From Macrostomum lignano (lineage: Eukaryota), in assembly GCA_002269645.1 (NCBI GenBank), contig NIVC01003734.1, positions 15,671 through 79,670 on the forward strand: a stretch of DNA of 64,000 nucleotides, given 5' to 3'. Below are positions 1 through 29,641 of this stretch, piece after piece. A program made the translations under genes and the position numbers. The notes beneath the pieces are model-generated. The model saw only the letters and a program-made list of their open reading frames with translations, was not told where the DNA came from and did not search any database. Position 1 is the stretch's first letter. The number at the start of each line of letters is the position of its first letter.

Positions 1-596
1 TTGGCTGGCTGTTGTGAGCATTGTTATGATCCTAGCCACACCCCCATCCAATGATGATCACGCATTTGCTGTCCTGTTGCAAAGTTTATTTATAATAAAC
101 AAAAAGTTAGTATATAGGTCGAGTCAACGTTTGGTTGGGTCTTTATCTTGTAATAATATTTTTAGATACACTCGTACTTTAAAAAAATGATTTCGTTATC
201 TTTAATTTAGCTATTTTTAAGATATACATTCCAGATATTTCCTTTTAATAATATATACACATGAATATTGACGTTGTATTTAATATTTTGTTGGCAGATG
301 AAATGACTACATTGTATTTTTGTAGACAAGAGTAGCAGAGCAGATGAACTGGCAACAGACAAAATGACTGTCAACCTCTTTGGCCAGCTATAAAAATTAG
401 TATTTGGGTTGTATCTATGGCTACGCTATAAAAATAACTGTTAGGCCTATCTTACCTAATGAAAATTATACCAAGGCCAAGAAGTGTCCTAGAGTCACTT
501 GCATTGCTCTAGAGTCATTTCAGATGCATTTCAGATTACAGAGGTTAAATAGAAAAGAAATTATTTTAAATGAACTAAATGATAAGATATCATAAT

Positions 597-1201
597 GGCA
601 GTGCTTATCCCCACAGTACCGTAGGAATAATTTCTGTCTTATTCCAATGGTACCGTGGGAATAATTTTCTGCTTATCTGCACGGCACACTGACGAGATAG
701 CTGCCCCATCTTCTACATATGCCGTGGGGATAATTTTCTGCTTATCCGCACGGCACACTAACAAGATAGGGCGAATTGTTGAAGCAATGCAATAATCTAT
801 ACAAACAAATAGCTAATTTACATGTCTAGTAGAAGTCTACAACAGAAGCGGCAATGCACTTTTCGGTATGATCTCCGAATTATACTTTGCTAAAAATTCA
901 AATTATAAACAATTACTAAAGCAATTTACCTTAAATCTATGTCATAAATACAAAAAAGTGTTTTTGCATAAAAAGGCAATTAAATCTTTACTTCTATAAA
1001 ACTAATGGCCAAGCAAAGTTATGTTGTTATACTGCACTTAAACCGTAAGTACTAAATTATTCCCACCGTCCCACGGCATATGTAGAAGATAGGGCAGCTA
1101 TCTCGTCAGTGTGCCGTGCGGATAAGCAGAAAATTATCCCCATGGTACCGTTGGAATAAGACAGAAATTATTCCTACGGTACCATGGGAATAAGCACTGC
1201 C
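597..1201. mobile_element. Mutator-like (MULE) MITE
   Basis: Inverted termini of about 130 bp: GGCAGTGCTTAT... at 597 and ...ATAAGCACTGCC ending at 1201. A perfect 9-bp direct repeat TATCATAAT flanks both sides (588-596, 1202-1210). No coding capacity. Confidence 0.85.
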
Positions 1202-1380
1202 TATCATAATACAACATTACAAGTTCCTTAAAAGTCATCATATCATAAAGTTACCCTAGAATTACTTTAAAGCATTTTATTGTTTGCAACTCTAAAACAC
1301 TTCTTGGGCAACTCTAGTGACTCTAGGGCAATGGTATAATGATTCTAGGGCTATAAGGCAATATTTGAGGCATTCCAGAG

Positions 1381-2168
1381 TAGTGATGGACCAAATGTAG
1401 ATTTTTGCAAGTTTCCAAAACCGAATCCAAATCTAGATATCTAAATGTATTTCCAAATATAGACAAAAGTTAAAGGTAAATGGTGGGAATAACTATGAGT
1501 ATGACTATGAGACCTTTTAGTTATAAAAATGTCTCATCATCTAATTAATAATTGTATTAGTGCTATATATTAATTTACTAACAAGATTCAATCTATCTTG
1601 AGCTTATACTATATCTATCTAGTATCTAAATTGAATTGAACTTAGAATTATACTTAATTATTATATATCTAATCTAACTAATTCCAATTACTAATACTAA
1701 CTAATATTACATTTGTGCAATTTGATAACTTTATTGTGTATAGTGCATATAAAGTCCATTGCATTTGCACTTTGAAAAAAGTAATGATTATACTTAAAAC
1801 AATGATTACCTAAAAATGTTTCTGCAACTTTAGGTTGAATGCCTCAAAGGTCCTAAAGTTAAGTAAATTTACTTAATAACACTTAAAAAAATATGCACAT
1901 TACTACAAAAACAGAAAATTGTAAAGACAAACAATATGACCTTAACTTTTGTGTTCTCATTTTTTAAATTTATTTTCTTTTTTTCAAAAGTTGTATTTCT
2001 TTTATGTTTGCTTAATTTTGTTTTGGTTTATTGATTTTTTCCATATTTGAGAGCACATTTGGAAATATTTGGAAAAAATATTTTCAAATCCAAAACATTT
2101 ATATTTCTAAAAAATTGAGACATTTTTTGGATTTAGATTACAAATCCAAATATTTAGATCCATCACTA
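1381..2168. mobile_element. hAT-like non-autonomous element/MITE
   Basis: Perfect 10-bp TIR TAGTGATGGA / TCCATCACTA. Flanked by near-identical 8-bp repeats TTCCAGAG (1373-1380) and TTCCAAAG (2169-2176). Subterminal TCCAAAT motifs. Confidence 0.7.
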
Positions 2169-3374
2169 TTCCAAAGTCATATTAGAATTACTGAGTTGTA
2201 TTTGATCTTTGAAACACATTTGCATTGCTTAATGAATTAGAATTATTAAGCAAGTAAAAATGCTTCTAGCATTTTAGTAGCATTCTGCAGTTGCTAAAAA
2301 GTTGCAAAAGAAGCACTTTAGCATCCCTATAGAATTATTATTGCATCACTTTTTAGGCATTCTGGATGTATTACAGAGTTGTGACTACTAGTATTAGCTT
2401 TAAATAAACTATTAGATCGTCATTTTTGGGCAAATAGAAAATGCACTACTTATCAACTCAAAAGTGATACACTAACAATTTTACAGTAATGCAAAAGTAT
2501 CTCATTTGCAACTTTTGATATCTCTTTGTTTTAGAGTAAATTAAAATTGTTTCTTTCTTATTTAACCTATATCATCTGCAATAAGTCTAAAACAACTCTA
2601 GGGCAGTGCAAGTAATACTAGGATGCTTCTTGGCCTGGGTACCATTTTTATCAGGCAATAAACACTTATTTTTTTAGCCTATTGAACTTTAATTGCATTC
2701 TAACTAGCTTACTGAGTTAGTAAAAAGTTAAGCGCTAGCACAAAAATTCTTTGACAACTTTTTTGTGATTCTTTTACGATTCTAAACATTCTAAGCCCTA
2801 GACACTAGACAATTAAAGTTGTTTGCAACAACTTTTTAACTACTTGTATCATAGTATCATTTTCAATAGGTTAAGTAAATGGATAATGCCAATGGTATAT
2901 ATTATTATTAAATATATATAAGCTTAGCATTCAGTATATAGCACTTTCAATACTATATTTTAATTAATATAGAATATATTCAAAATTCAAAATATTAAAT
3001 TTGAAACCAAATTTAAATCTGACTAAATTATATAACATATAATACAATCAATATTAACTTTGGTAATAGCCATATTGATAACTGCCTTTTCAATAACAAA
3101 GATAACAGATTTTAGTTTTATAACTAATATGTTAATTATTTTATTGCCAAGTACAAGTATAATTTAATTCTCTACTTAAATTATATTATAGAGTTTGACC
3201 AAGGTAAGATTTTTATTTTCAAGCAAGATTATGTGAGAATTTTATTAAAAAATTGAGATTGAGAATAAGTTGATCAAGAATTAAAGATCCAGCTACAATT
3301 GTGAATTTGTATAGGAAGAATAGTACTTATGATAAGAAATATATGAAATTTAGCCTATATTATTAGTAAGTAGA

Positions 3375-5394
3375 CTAGCAATCTTTGCCCCCCGTTGGGG
3401 GACATCTGGATAGAATCTTTGCTCTCTACAGGTAACAAAAAGACAGCCAGATAAAGCCTTCTCAAAGACAACAGACAAACTGCTCAAATAAAGTGCAATG
3501 CAAAAAGAAATCATCCCAAGACAGCAAGCATCCCCTAGATTGCAAGCATCCCCCAGATAGCAAGCATCCCCCAAATAGCAAGCATCCCCCAGATAGCAAG
3601 CATCCCCCAAATAGCAAGCATCCCCTAGATAGCAAGCATCTCCCCTCCCAGATAGCAAGCATCCCCCAGATAGCAAGCATCCCCAAATAGTAAGCATCCA
3701 CTAGACAATAAGTAGCTAGTGCAACAATTTCCTTAGCTCTATAGTGGATCCTTTAAAATTGGCATGACGCTTACTTTTACGTTTGAAATTGATCTTTTAT
3801 GTTTGACATGGTGGCTCTTTTATGTTTGACATGGTGGTTCTTTTATGTTCTACATGGTGGCTCTTTTATGTTTGATTCATGGTTTTTTTAATGTCTGACA
3901 TGGTGTCTCTTTAATGTTCGACATGGTGGCTCTTTTATGCTTGACATGGTGGCTCTTAACTGTTTGACATGGAGTCACATATATGTTTGACATGGTGGCT
4001 CTTTATGTTTGACATGGTGGCTCTTATGTTTGACATGGTGGCTCTTTTATGTTTGACATGGTGGCTCTTTAATGTTTGACATGATGGCTTTTATGTTAGA
4101 CATGGTGGCTGCTTAATTTTTGACATGGTGGCTCTTTAATGTTCTTCATGGTGGCTCTTTTATGTTTGACATGGAGTCAGGAATATACTTGACATGATGA
4201 CTCATTAATGTTAGACATGGTGGCTCTTTAATGTTTGACCTGGTGGCACCTTAATGTAATGATGGCTCTTTAATGTTTGATATGGTGGCTCTTTAATATT
4301 TGACATGGTGGCTTTTTAATGTTTGACATGGTGGCTCTATAATGTTAGACATGGTGGCTCTATAATGTTAGACATGATGGCTCTTTAATGTTCGACATGG
4401 TGGTCCTCTTATGCTTGACATGGTGGCTCTTTTATGTTCGACATGGTGGTTCTTTAATGTTCGACATGGTGCCTCTTTAATGTTTGACATGGTGGCCCTT
4501 TTATGTTTGACATGGTTACTCTTTTATGTTTGACATGATGGCTCTTTTATGTTTGACATGGAGTCACATATATGTTGGACATGGTGGTTCTTTAATGTTT
4601 GGCATGATGGCTATTTGATGTTTGACATAGAGTCACGAATATATTTGACATGGTGACTCGTTAATGTTTGACATGGTGGCTCTTTTATGTTTGACATGAT
4701 GGCTCTTTAATGTTTGACATGAAGTCACATTCATGTTGGACATGTTGGCTCTTTAATGTTCAACATGGTGGCTCTTTAATGTTTGACATTGTGCTTTTTT
4801 GTGTTTAGCATTTAGTGTTTTTAAGGTTTTTTAATAAAAAATCTTTTTGCACTACTAAGATTCGAACCCAGGTCACTGCATTAGCAGTCCAGTCTGTTTG
4901 CATCGAGGCTATCTCTTTTCAATTGGAGAACATGATTTGTGGCCCTTATAATTCAATACTTACAGCAAGTTGGTTAGAGTAAAGAGTTATGACATAATCA
5001 ATTTCTCAGTCAGCCTGTATCAGTCTCAATTTAAGTTGTCAATATGGTTACGCAATTTCAATCAAGTCTTTTGCGCATTTCTTCGGCACTGTTTTCAACT
5101 TGTTGTGATGTAATTTTTATCACAATTGGAATTCAGCCAGTCAGTTTTTTCTCTAGCATTCTTCCAATGCATTTCAAGTCGAAAATTTAGCTCGACCTTT
5201 GCAAAAAAGCATGTTTTTCGAATATTTAATCCCTTTAACATTGAGCAATTTCTTAGCCAAGATGCATGTACCGTCCCAGGAAAATTTCTGATCGAATGGT
5301 GCAAGTTTGAAGAAAATCGGTTGAGCCATTTTTTCTAAAATCTATCGCATACCTACCTACCCACATATAGACAACTCATTTTTAGTATATAGGA
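3375..5394 (-). mobile_element. Non-autonomous Helitron-like element A
   Basis: On the minus strand it starts TCCTATATACTAAAAATG and ends with a CCCCCAACGGGGG hairpin followed by CTAG|T. It contains an 18-19-bp GATAGCAAGCATCCCCC array and a ~23-bp ATGTTTGACATGGTGGCTCTTT array. It is homologous to 8169-11000 in inverted orientation. Confidence 0.7.
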
Positions 5395-5400
5395 AGCAAT

Positions 5401-8168
5401 CTAGTGCGGCCCCCCTTCGGGGCGCCCAATAAGAACGAAGCAAAAATAGTTTATGGAAATCAATGAAAAAGCACATTTTCTTAAAAACTAAGTCCTTCAT
5501 CACTTTTAAAAATCACCTTATTCATTTAAAATTGTCACGGACAATAAAATTTGCTATGAATCTCTTTTTTTCTAAAATTAATAAACAGACAAGAAAATAT
5601 AGCTTTCACAAAGATCACAGTCATTACCCCTAAATAGAAAATATTCCCAAGACAGCAAGCATCCCCCCAGTAGCAAGCATCCGCCTCCAAAAGTAAGCAA
5701 CCGCAGATAGAAAGCATCCCCTAATACTCCTAGCAAGCATCCACCCAGATAGCAAGCATCCCCTAATACTACTAGCAAATATCCACCCAGATAGCAAGCA
5801 TCTGCAGATAGCAAGCATCTTGCAGATAGCAAGCATCCCCCAAATAGAAGCATCCCCTGGATAAAAGCATCTACCTAGATAGCAAGCATCCCCCAAATAA
5901 TGTAGAAGCATCCTTCCAGATAGCAAGAATCCCTAAATAGCAAGCATCCCTGGATAGAAATAATCCTATACATGTAGCCAAGCTTATCAAGCGCAGTAAT
6001 CCTTGGCTATCGAGTGAAGTAATCCTTGGTTTATTAAGACCAATAATCCTTGGCTTATCGAGTGTAGTAATCCTTGGTTTATTAATAGCAATAATCCTTG
6101 ACTTATCAAGTGCAGTAATGCTTGGTTTATTAATAGCAATAATCCTTGGTTTTCCAAGTGCAGTAATCCTTGGTTTATTAATAGCAATAATCCTTGGCTT
6201 ATCGAGTGCAGTAATCCTTGGTTTTCCAAGTGCAGTAATCCTTGCTTTATTAAGAGCAATAATCCTTGGCTTTTCGAGTGCAGTAATCCTTGGTTTATTA
6301 ATAGCAATAATCCTTGGCTTATCGAGTGCAGTAATCCTTGGTTTATTAATAGCAATAATCCTTGAATAATCAAGTGCAGTAAATCTTGCTTTATTAATAG
6401 CAATAATCCTTGATTATTCAAGTGCATTAACCCTTGGTTTATTAATAGCAATAATCCTTGATTAATCAAGTGCAATTATCTTTGGTTTATTAATAGCAAT
6501 AATCCTTGGCTTATCGAGTGCAGTAATCCTTGGTTTATTAATAGCAATAATCCTTGATTAATCAAGTGCAGTAAATCTTGCTTTATTAATAGCAATAATC
6601 CTTGATTATTCAAGTGAATTAACCCTTGGTTTATTAATAGCAATAATCCTTGATTAATCAAGTGCAATTATCTTTGGTTTATTAATAGCAATAATCCTTG
6701 GCTTATCGAGTGCAGTAACCCTTGGTTTATTAATAGCAATAATCCTTGATTAATCAAGTGCAGTAATCTTTGGTTTATTAATAGCAATAATCCTTGATTA
6801 TTCAAGTGCAGTAATCCTTGGTTTATTAATAGCAATAATCCTTGATTAATCAAGTGCATTAATCCTTGGTTTATTAATAGCAATAATCCTTGATTATTCA
6901 AGTGCATTAATCCTTGGTTTATTAATAGCAATAATCCTTGGCTTATCGAATGCAGTAACCCTTGGTTTATTAATAGCAATAATCGTTGATTAATCAAGTG
7001 CAGTAATCCTTGCTTTATTAATAGCAATAATCCTTAATTATTCAAGTGCATTAATCCTTGGTTTATTAATAGCAATAATCCTTGATTAATCAAGTGCATT
7101 AATCCTTTGGTTTATTAATAGCAATAATCTTTGGCATATCGAATGCAGTAATCCCTGGTTTATTAAGACCAATAATCCTTGGCTTATCGAGTGCAGTAAT
7201 CTTTGGTTTATTAATAGCAATAATCCTTGGTTTATTAATAGCAATAATCCTTGATTAATCAAGTGCATTAATCCTTGGTTTATTAATAGCAATAATCCTT
7301 GGCTTATCAAGTGCAATAATCCTTGGTTTATTAATACCAATAATCCTTGGCTTATCGAGTGCAATAATCCTTGGTTTATTAATAGCAATAATCCTTGGCT
7401 TGTCGAGTGCAGTAATCCTTGGTTTATTAATACCAATAATCCTTGATTAATCAAGTGCATTAATCCTTGGTTTATTAATAGCAATAATCCTTGATTAATC
7501 AAGTGCATTAATCCTTGGTTTATTAATAGCAATAATCCTTGGCTTATCGAGTGCAGTAATCTAAGTGTTTTTATTTAGTCCTTTAATAAAAGCTTTTAAT
7601 AAAAAATTTTACAGTACTACTTTTAAACTACTTAGATTCGAACCCAGGTTGCTGCATTAGCAGTCTGGTCTGTTCAGCTCTAGGCTAGCTCTCATCGAAG
7701 TTATCAGTGAATTTGTACTACTTATATAATTCAACACTCACACCAAAACAGGTAGAGTAAAAAGTCACACAAAGCAGTTATAACATAATCAATTTCTTAG
7801 GCAAGTCAGTACCAGTGTCTATGAAAGTTAACAATATGGTTACGTATTGAATAATATAAATTGAGTACTGCACTATGCTTTCATACTCAAAGCTGTGACG
7901 CAATTCAATTGAGTGTCAAATTCAGCCAGTACACAGACGATAAATAAAGTGTATTGTGATGCAATCTATTTTAGAATCAGAATTCAACCAGTCAGTTTTT
8001 CTGCTAGCATTCTTACAATTCATTTTAATGCTTGACCTTTGCAGAAAAGCATGTTTTTCGAATATTTAATCCCTTTAGCATCGAGCAATTTCTTAGCCAC
8101 AATGCATGTACTGTTACGGAAAAATTTCTTATCAAATGGTGCAAGTTCGAACAAAATTGGTTGAGCCA
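5401..8168 (-). mobile_element. Helitron-like element A' (related subfamily, interrupted by element B)
   Basis: Minus-strand 3' hairpin GCCCCGAAGGGGGC followed by CTAG at 5404-5401. It has the same GATAGCAAGCATCC repeats, tRNA-like segment and 5' body as element A, but a different central satellite (24/48-bp AGTGCAGTAATCCTTGGTTTATTAATAGCAATAATCCTTG, ~5990-7560). Confidence 0.65.
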
Positions 8169-11000
8169 TCCTTCCTATATACTAAAAATGAGTTGTCTGT
8201 ATCTATCTAGCTATGCGATAGATTTCAGAAAAATTGGCTCAACCAATTTTCTTCAAACTTGCACCATTCGATCAGAAATTTTCCTGGGACGGTACATGCA
8301 TCTTGGCTAAGAAATTGCTCAATTTTAAAGGGATTAAATATTCGAAAAACATGCTTTTTTGCAAAGGTCAAGCAGCTCTTTCGACCTAAAATGCATTGTA
8401 AGAATGCTAGAGAAAAAACTGAATGACTGAATTCCAATTGTGATAAAGATTACATCACAACCAGTTGAAAACAGTTCCGAACGAATGCACACAAAACTTG
8501 ATTTAAATTGCGTAACAATATTGCTAACTTAAATTGACACTGATACTGGCTGACTGAAAAATTGATTATGTCATAACTTTTTACTCTAACCGATTTGCTA
8601 TAAGAATTGAATTATAAGGGCCACAATTCATGTTCTCCAATTGACAAGAGATAGCATAGATGCGAACAGACTGGACTGCTAATGCAGCGACCTGGGTTCG
8701 AATCTTAGTAGTGCAAAGATTTTTTTATTCAAAAACCTTAAAAACACAAAATGCTAAACACAAAAAAGCACAATTTCAAACATTAAAGAGCCACCATGGC
8801 GAACATATATGTGACTCCATGTCTAACATTAAAAAGCCACCATGTCAAATATTATAGAGCCACCATTTCAAACCTAAAAGAGCCACCATGTCGAAAATTA
8901 AAGAGCCACCATGTCAAACATTAAACAGCCACCATGTCGAACATGCAAGAGCCACCTTGTCAAACATAAAAGACCCACCATATCAAACATAAAAGAGTTA
9001 CCATGTCAAACATTAAAGAGCCACCATGTCAAACATTAAAGAGCCACCATGTAGAATATTAAAGAGCCACTAAGTCAAACATTAAAAAACCACCATGTCA
9101 AACATTAAAGAGCCACCATTTCAAACCTAAAAGAGCCACCTTATCAAACATTAAAGAGCCACCATGTCAAACACTAAAGAGCCACCATGTCAAACATAAA
9201 ATAGCCACCATATCAAACATAAAAGAGTTCCCATGTCAAACATTAAAGAGCCACCATGTCAAACATGAAAGAGCCACCATTTCGAACATAAAACAGCCAC
9301 CATGAAGAACATTAAAGAGCCACCATGTCAAACATTAAAAGAGCCACCATATCAAACATAAAAGAGTTCCCGTGTCAAACATTAAAGAGCCACCATGTCA
9401 AACATTAAAGAGCCACCATGTCGAACATTAAAAGAGCCACCATGTAGAATATTAAAGAGCCACCATGTCGAACATTAAGAAGCCACCATGTCCAACATTA
9501 AAGAGCCACCTTGTCAAATATTAAAAAGCCACCATTTCAAACCTAAAAGAGCCACCATGTCGAACATACAAGAGCCACCTCATCAAACATTAAAGAGCCA
9601 CCATGTCGAACATAAAAGAGCCACCATGCCAAACATAAAAGAGCCACCATGTCGAACATTAAAAAGCCACCATGCCAAAAATAAAAGAGCCGCCATGTCA
9701 AACGTAAAAGAGCCACCATGTCAAACATAAAAGAGCCACTATGTCGAACATAAAAGAGCCACAATGTCAAACATTAAAGAGCCACCATGTCGAACAATAA
9801 AGAGCCACCATGTCGAACATTAAAGAGCCACCATGTCAAACATTAAAGAGCCACCATGTCGAACATTAAAGAGCCACCATGCCAAAAATAAAAGAGCCAC
9901 CATGTCAAACATAAAAAAGCCACCATGTCGAACATTAAAGAGCCACCATGCCAAAAATAAAAGAGCCACCATGTCAAATGTAAAAGAGCCACCATGTCGA
10001 ACATAAAAGAGCCACAATGTCAAACATTAAAGAGCCACCATGTCGAACAATAAAGAGCCACCATGTCGAACATTAAAGAGCCACCATGTCAAACATTAAA
10101 GAGCCACCATGTCGAACATTAAAGAGCCACCATGCCAAAATTAAAAGAGCCACCATGTCAAACATAAAAGAGCCACCATGTCGAACATAAAAGAGCCACA
10201 ATGTCAAACATTAAAGAGCCACCATGTCGAACAATAAAGAGCCACCATGTCGAACATTAAAGAGCCACCATGTCAAACATTAAAGAGCCACCATGTCAAA
10301 CACTAAAGAGCCACCATGTCAAACATTATAAAGAGCCACCATGTCGAACATTAAAGAGCCACCATGTCAAACATAAAAGAGCCACCATGTTGAACATAAA
10401 AGAGCCACCATGTCGAACATTAAAGAGCCACCATGTCAAACGTAAAAGAGCCACTATGCCAAACATAAAAGATACACAATTTCAAATGTAAAAGTAAGCG
10501 TCATGCCAATTTTAAAGGAGCCACTATAGAGCTAAGGAAATTGTTGCACTAGCTACTTATTATCTGGTGGATGCTTACTATTTGGGGATGCTTGCTATCT
10601 GGGAGGGGGATGCTTCCTATCTGGGGGATGCTTGCTATTTGGGGGATGCTTGCTATCTGGGGGATGCTTGCTATCGGGGGGATGCTTGCTATCTGGGGGA
10701 TGCTTGCTATCTGGGGGATGCTTGCTATTTGGGGGATGCTTGCTATTTGGGGGATGCTTGCTATCTCGGGGATGCTTGCTATCTGGGGGATGCTTGCTAT
10801 CTGGGGGATGCTTGCTATCTGGGGGATGCTTGCAATCTGGGGGATGCTTGCTGTCTTGGGATGATTTCTTTTTGCATTACACTTTATTTGAGTAGTTTAT
10901 CTGTTGTCTTTGTGAAGGCTTTATTTGGCTGTCTTTTTGTTACTTGTAGAGAACAGAGATTCTATCCAGATGTCCCCCAATGGGGGGCGAAGATTGCTAG
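8169..11000 (+). mobile_element. Non-autonomous Helitron-like element B
   Basis: A|TCCTTCCTATATACTAAAAATG at the 5' end and a CCCCCAATGGGGGG hairpin plus CTAG|T at the 3' end (10997-11000), with no TSD. Contains a ~23-bp AAAGAGCCACCATGTCAAACAT array (~8780-10470) and an 18-bp GGGGGATGCTTGCTATCT array. Confidence 0.75.
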
Positions 11001-11054
11001 TTTTTGCTAAAATCGATCACATAGACACAGACAGACCATTTTTAGTATATTGGA
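11001..11054 (-). mobile_element. Displaced 5' end of element A'
   Basis: TTTTTGCTAAAATCGATC...CCATTTTTAGTATATTGGA matches the sequence that follows GTTGAGCCA in element A (about 5329-5394). It therefore continues 8168 across the inserted element B. Confidence 0.65.
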
Positions 11055-12764
11055 TTGGATAAAATAGTACAAAATAAATGGCTTAAATGTACAATCACAA
11101 TAATATATATATATATCTATATATATATATATATATGCAGCAATATGCAAAAGTAAGACACTAACTCTGGCTGCGCCGCTATATGTCACTATAAAATTCA
11201 TAAATAGGTTGAAGGTTGGTAATGGCCTACTGGGTAAGCCATAGTCAGGATCATGGCATACGTGTGCCAGAACAAATCCTATCAAAATTATTTGATTGCA
11301 CCATGTGCTAAGACTTTTTTGCAAAAAAACACAAGCACAAAAATCTGTATTTTCCCTTTAAAAATACTAGTAAAACTTGTATTTGAATTTGTTTTGTAGA
11401 AATACAATGTTAACATATTTTAATTGAAAAAGCCACCAATATACCAGCAAATGAAAAAGTGCTAATTATGCATTAGACAATGCATTATTTGTTTTTTATT
11501 TGGCACTTCACAATATTTTTACACCTATATTGAATTCAATCTCGCTTGACTGTTCTCAAATTCCAAGCCCATTCTCAAAATTTTGAGAATTTCTCAAAAT
11601 GACCAAAAAAGGCCAAGTCTCAAAATTTTGAGATTGAGATTGAGATCTCAGTTGGACTCTATCCTATATACTAAAAATGGTCTTAATAACAAAAGATTGA
11701 TCCTAGGTATATAGCTATATAAGATCTATAGCTTTTATAGCTTTCAAGTTTTTATTCTTTAAGTAGTAGAATTAGGTTTTTTATAATTTAAATATGAAGT
11801 CTATTTTTTAAAGTATTAATCAATTTAACAAGATGAAATTTTAAAGAAGAAAGGAATAAGTTTTGATATGCTTTGCATATTGAGTACAACACATAGTTTA
11901 GGGTAGTTCTATAAGAACTGAATACATTCAAAGAAATGAAAATTGCTATACTTGGCTAAACTAATAGAGCCTATTTATGATTCTAGATTGATTTCTAATT
12001 GCCAAACAATTGTTTTATAGCATTTTTGTTTAAAGTAGCTAAAATTAGCTCTAAATTTATGCAAAAATTATAATGTTGACTAAATATTACTACTTATTAC
12101 TTTTAGCCCTTGTGTTCAAACTTTAGCAAAAAAACAACACAGAGCATTGAAGAAATCAATCACAACTGGGATATTAGAAAAAATATCATAAATTATAATA
12201 CTAATAGCCATAGACTTAATATGGTGCCTCTGAAACAGTTTAATTATTTGTGTCCTATTGCTTCTCTTTGGTTACAACTGGGATCATGGTTGATCAAGCT
12301 ACTGCTTATTTAGAAACAAAACAATAGTTCCATTAGCAACAAGACAGTTCCATTTTTTCTAAATAAACTGCATTCAGCATTTTTATTTTTCATATGTCAT
12401 TTTTGGTACAGGCTTTCTGTCTGCCTTTAATTAACAGTAATAGTTTCTAATGTTACAACTGTTTTTAACTGGGACTACCCATTAGATTTTACCTACTTAG
12501 GAAATAAATCACTTTCATAAAATACATTTTTATAAACTTTCATACTTTCAAGGTTTAAATATGAGTGAATATTAGCCAAATTATCTTATATCCTTGTAAA
12601 ATAATTCCAATTGTGGCATCAAATATATTGGACTTGGATAGTCACTGAAATTGATAAAACTTAATGATCTGCTTTGGTTTTAGCAAAATTTATATAAAAA
12701 GGTTAGGGTGAAGGTATGTATTAAAGGCAAATATCATATAATAATCTGTGAAGTTTGGATTGCA

Positions 12765-12872
12765 ATGATGAGTGCGCAGGGGTCCAGAACCCAGGCCAGC
12801 ATGTGGGCCTGGCACCCAGGAGACTGCTCTTGGGTGTGACAACCATTGCTGCCTGTTGCTTGTAGCATCTGA
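12765..12872 (+). ncRNA. Box C/D snoRNA, U94/SNORD94-like guide for U6 snRNA 2'-O-methylation (copy 1)
   Basis: C box ATGATGA (12765), D' CAGA (12785), D box CTGA (12869-12872). TGCGCAGGGG (12773-12782) is the reverse complement of the conserved U6 stretch CCCCUGCGCA, and the D'+5 rule points to C62 (human numbering). Hairpins covary with copy 2. Confidence 0.8.
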
Positions 12873-13008
12873 GAAAGTCCATCCCTATTTCAATTGGTTC
12901 AAGCTGATATTAAAGTACACGTACCAGTAGCCCAGCTTATACCAGCTGCAACCTGTCTCCTGTTGCTGCGTATTGAATAACAATCCAGCGCCAGCAGTCA
13001 ATCCCGCC

Positions 13009-29641
<16,633 letters not shown>

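Noticed and set aside
8648-8710. Functional tRNA-Ser gene
   Set aside because: The acceptor stem and the long variable arm cannot be formed, so it is treated as a tRNA-derived segment.
3350-10900. Many ORFs such as LGDACY-, LLLINQG- and KEPPCQT-repeat proteins
   Set aside because: They are translations of satellites inside Helitron-like elements, open in several frames and lacking gene structure.
11662-11683. Fourth Helitron starting A|TCCTATATACTAAAAATGG
   Set aside because: Similarity ends after about 22 bp and no 3' hairpin or CTAG was found, so it is at most a fragment.
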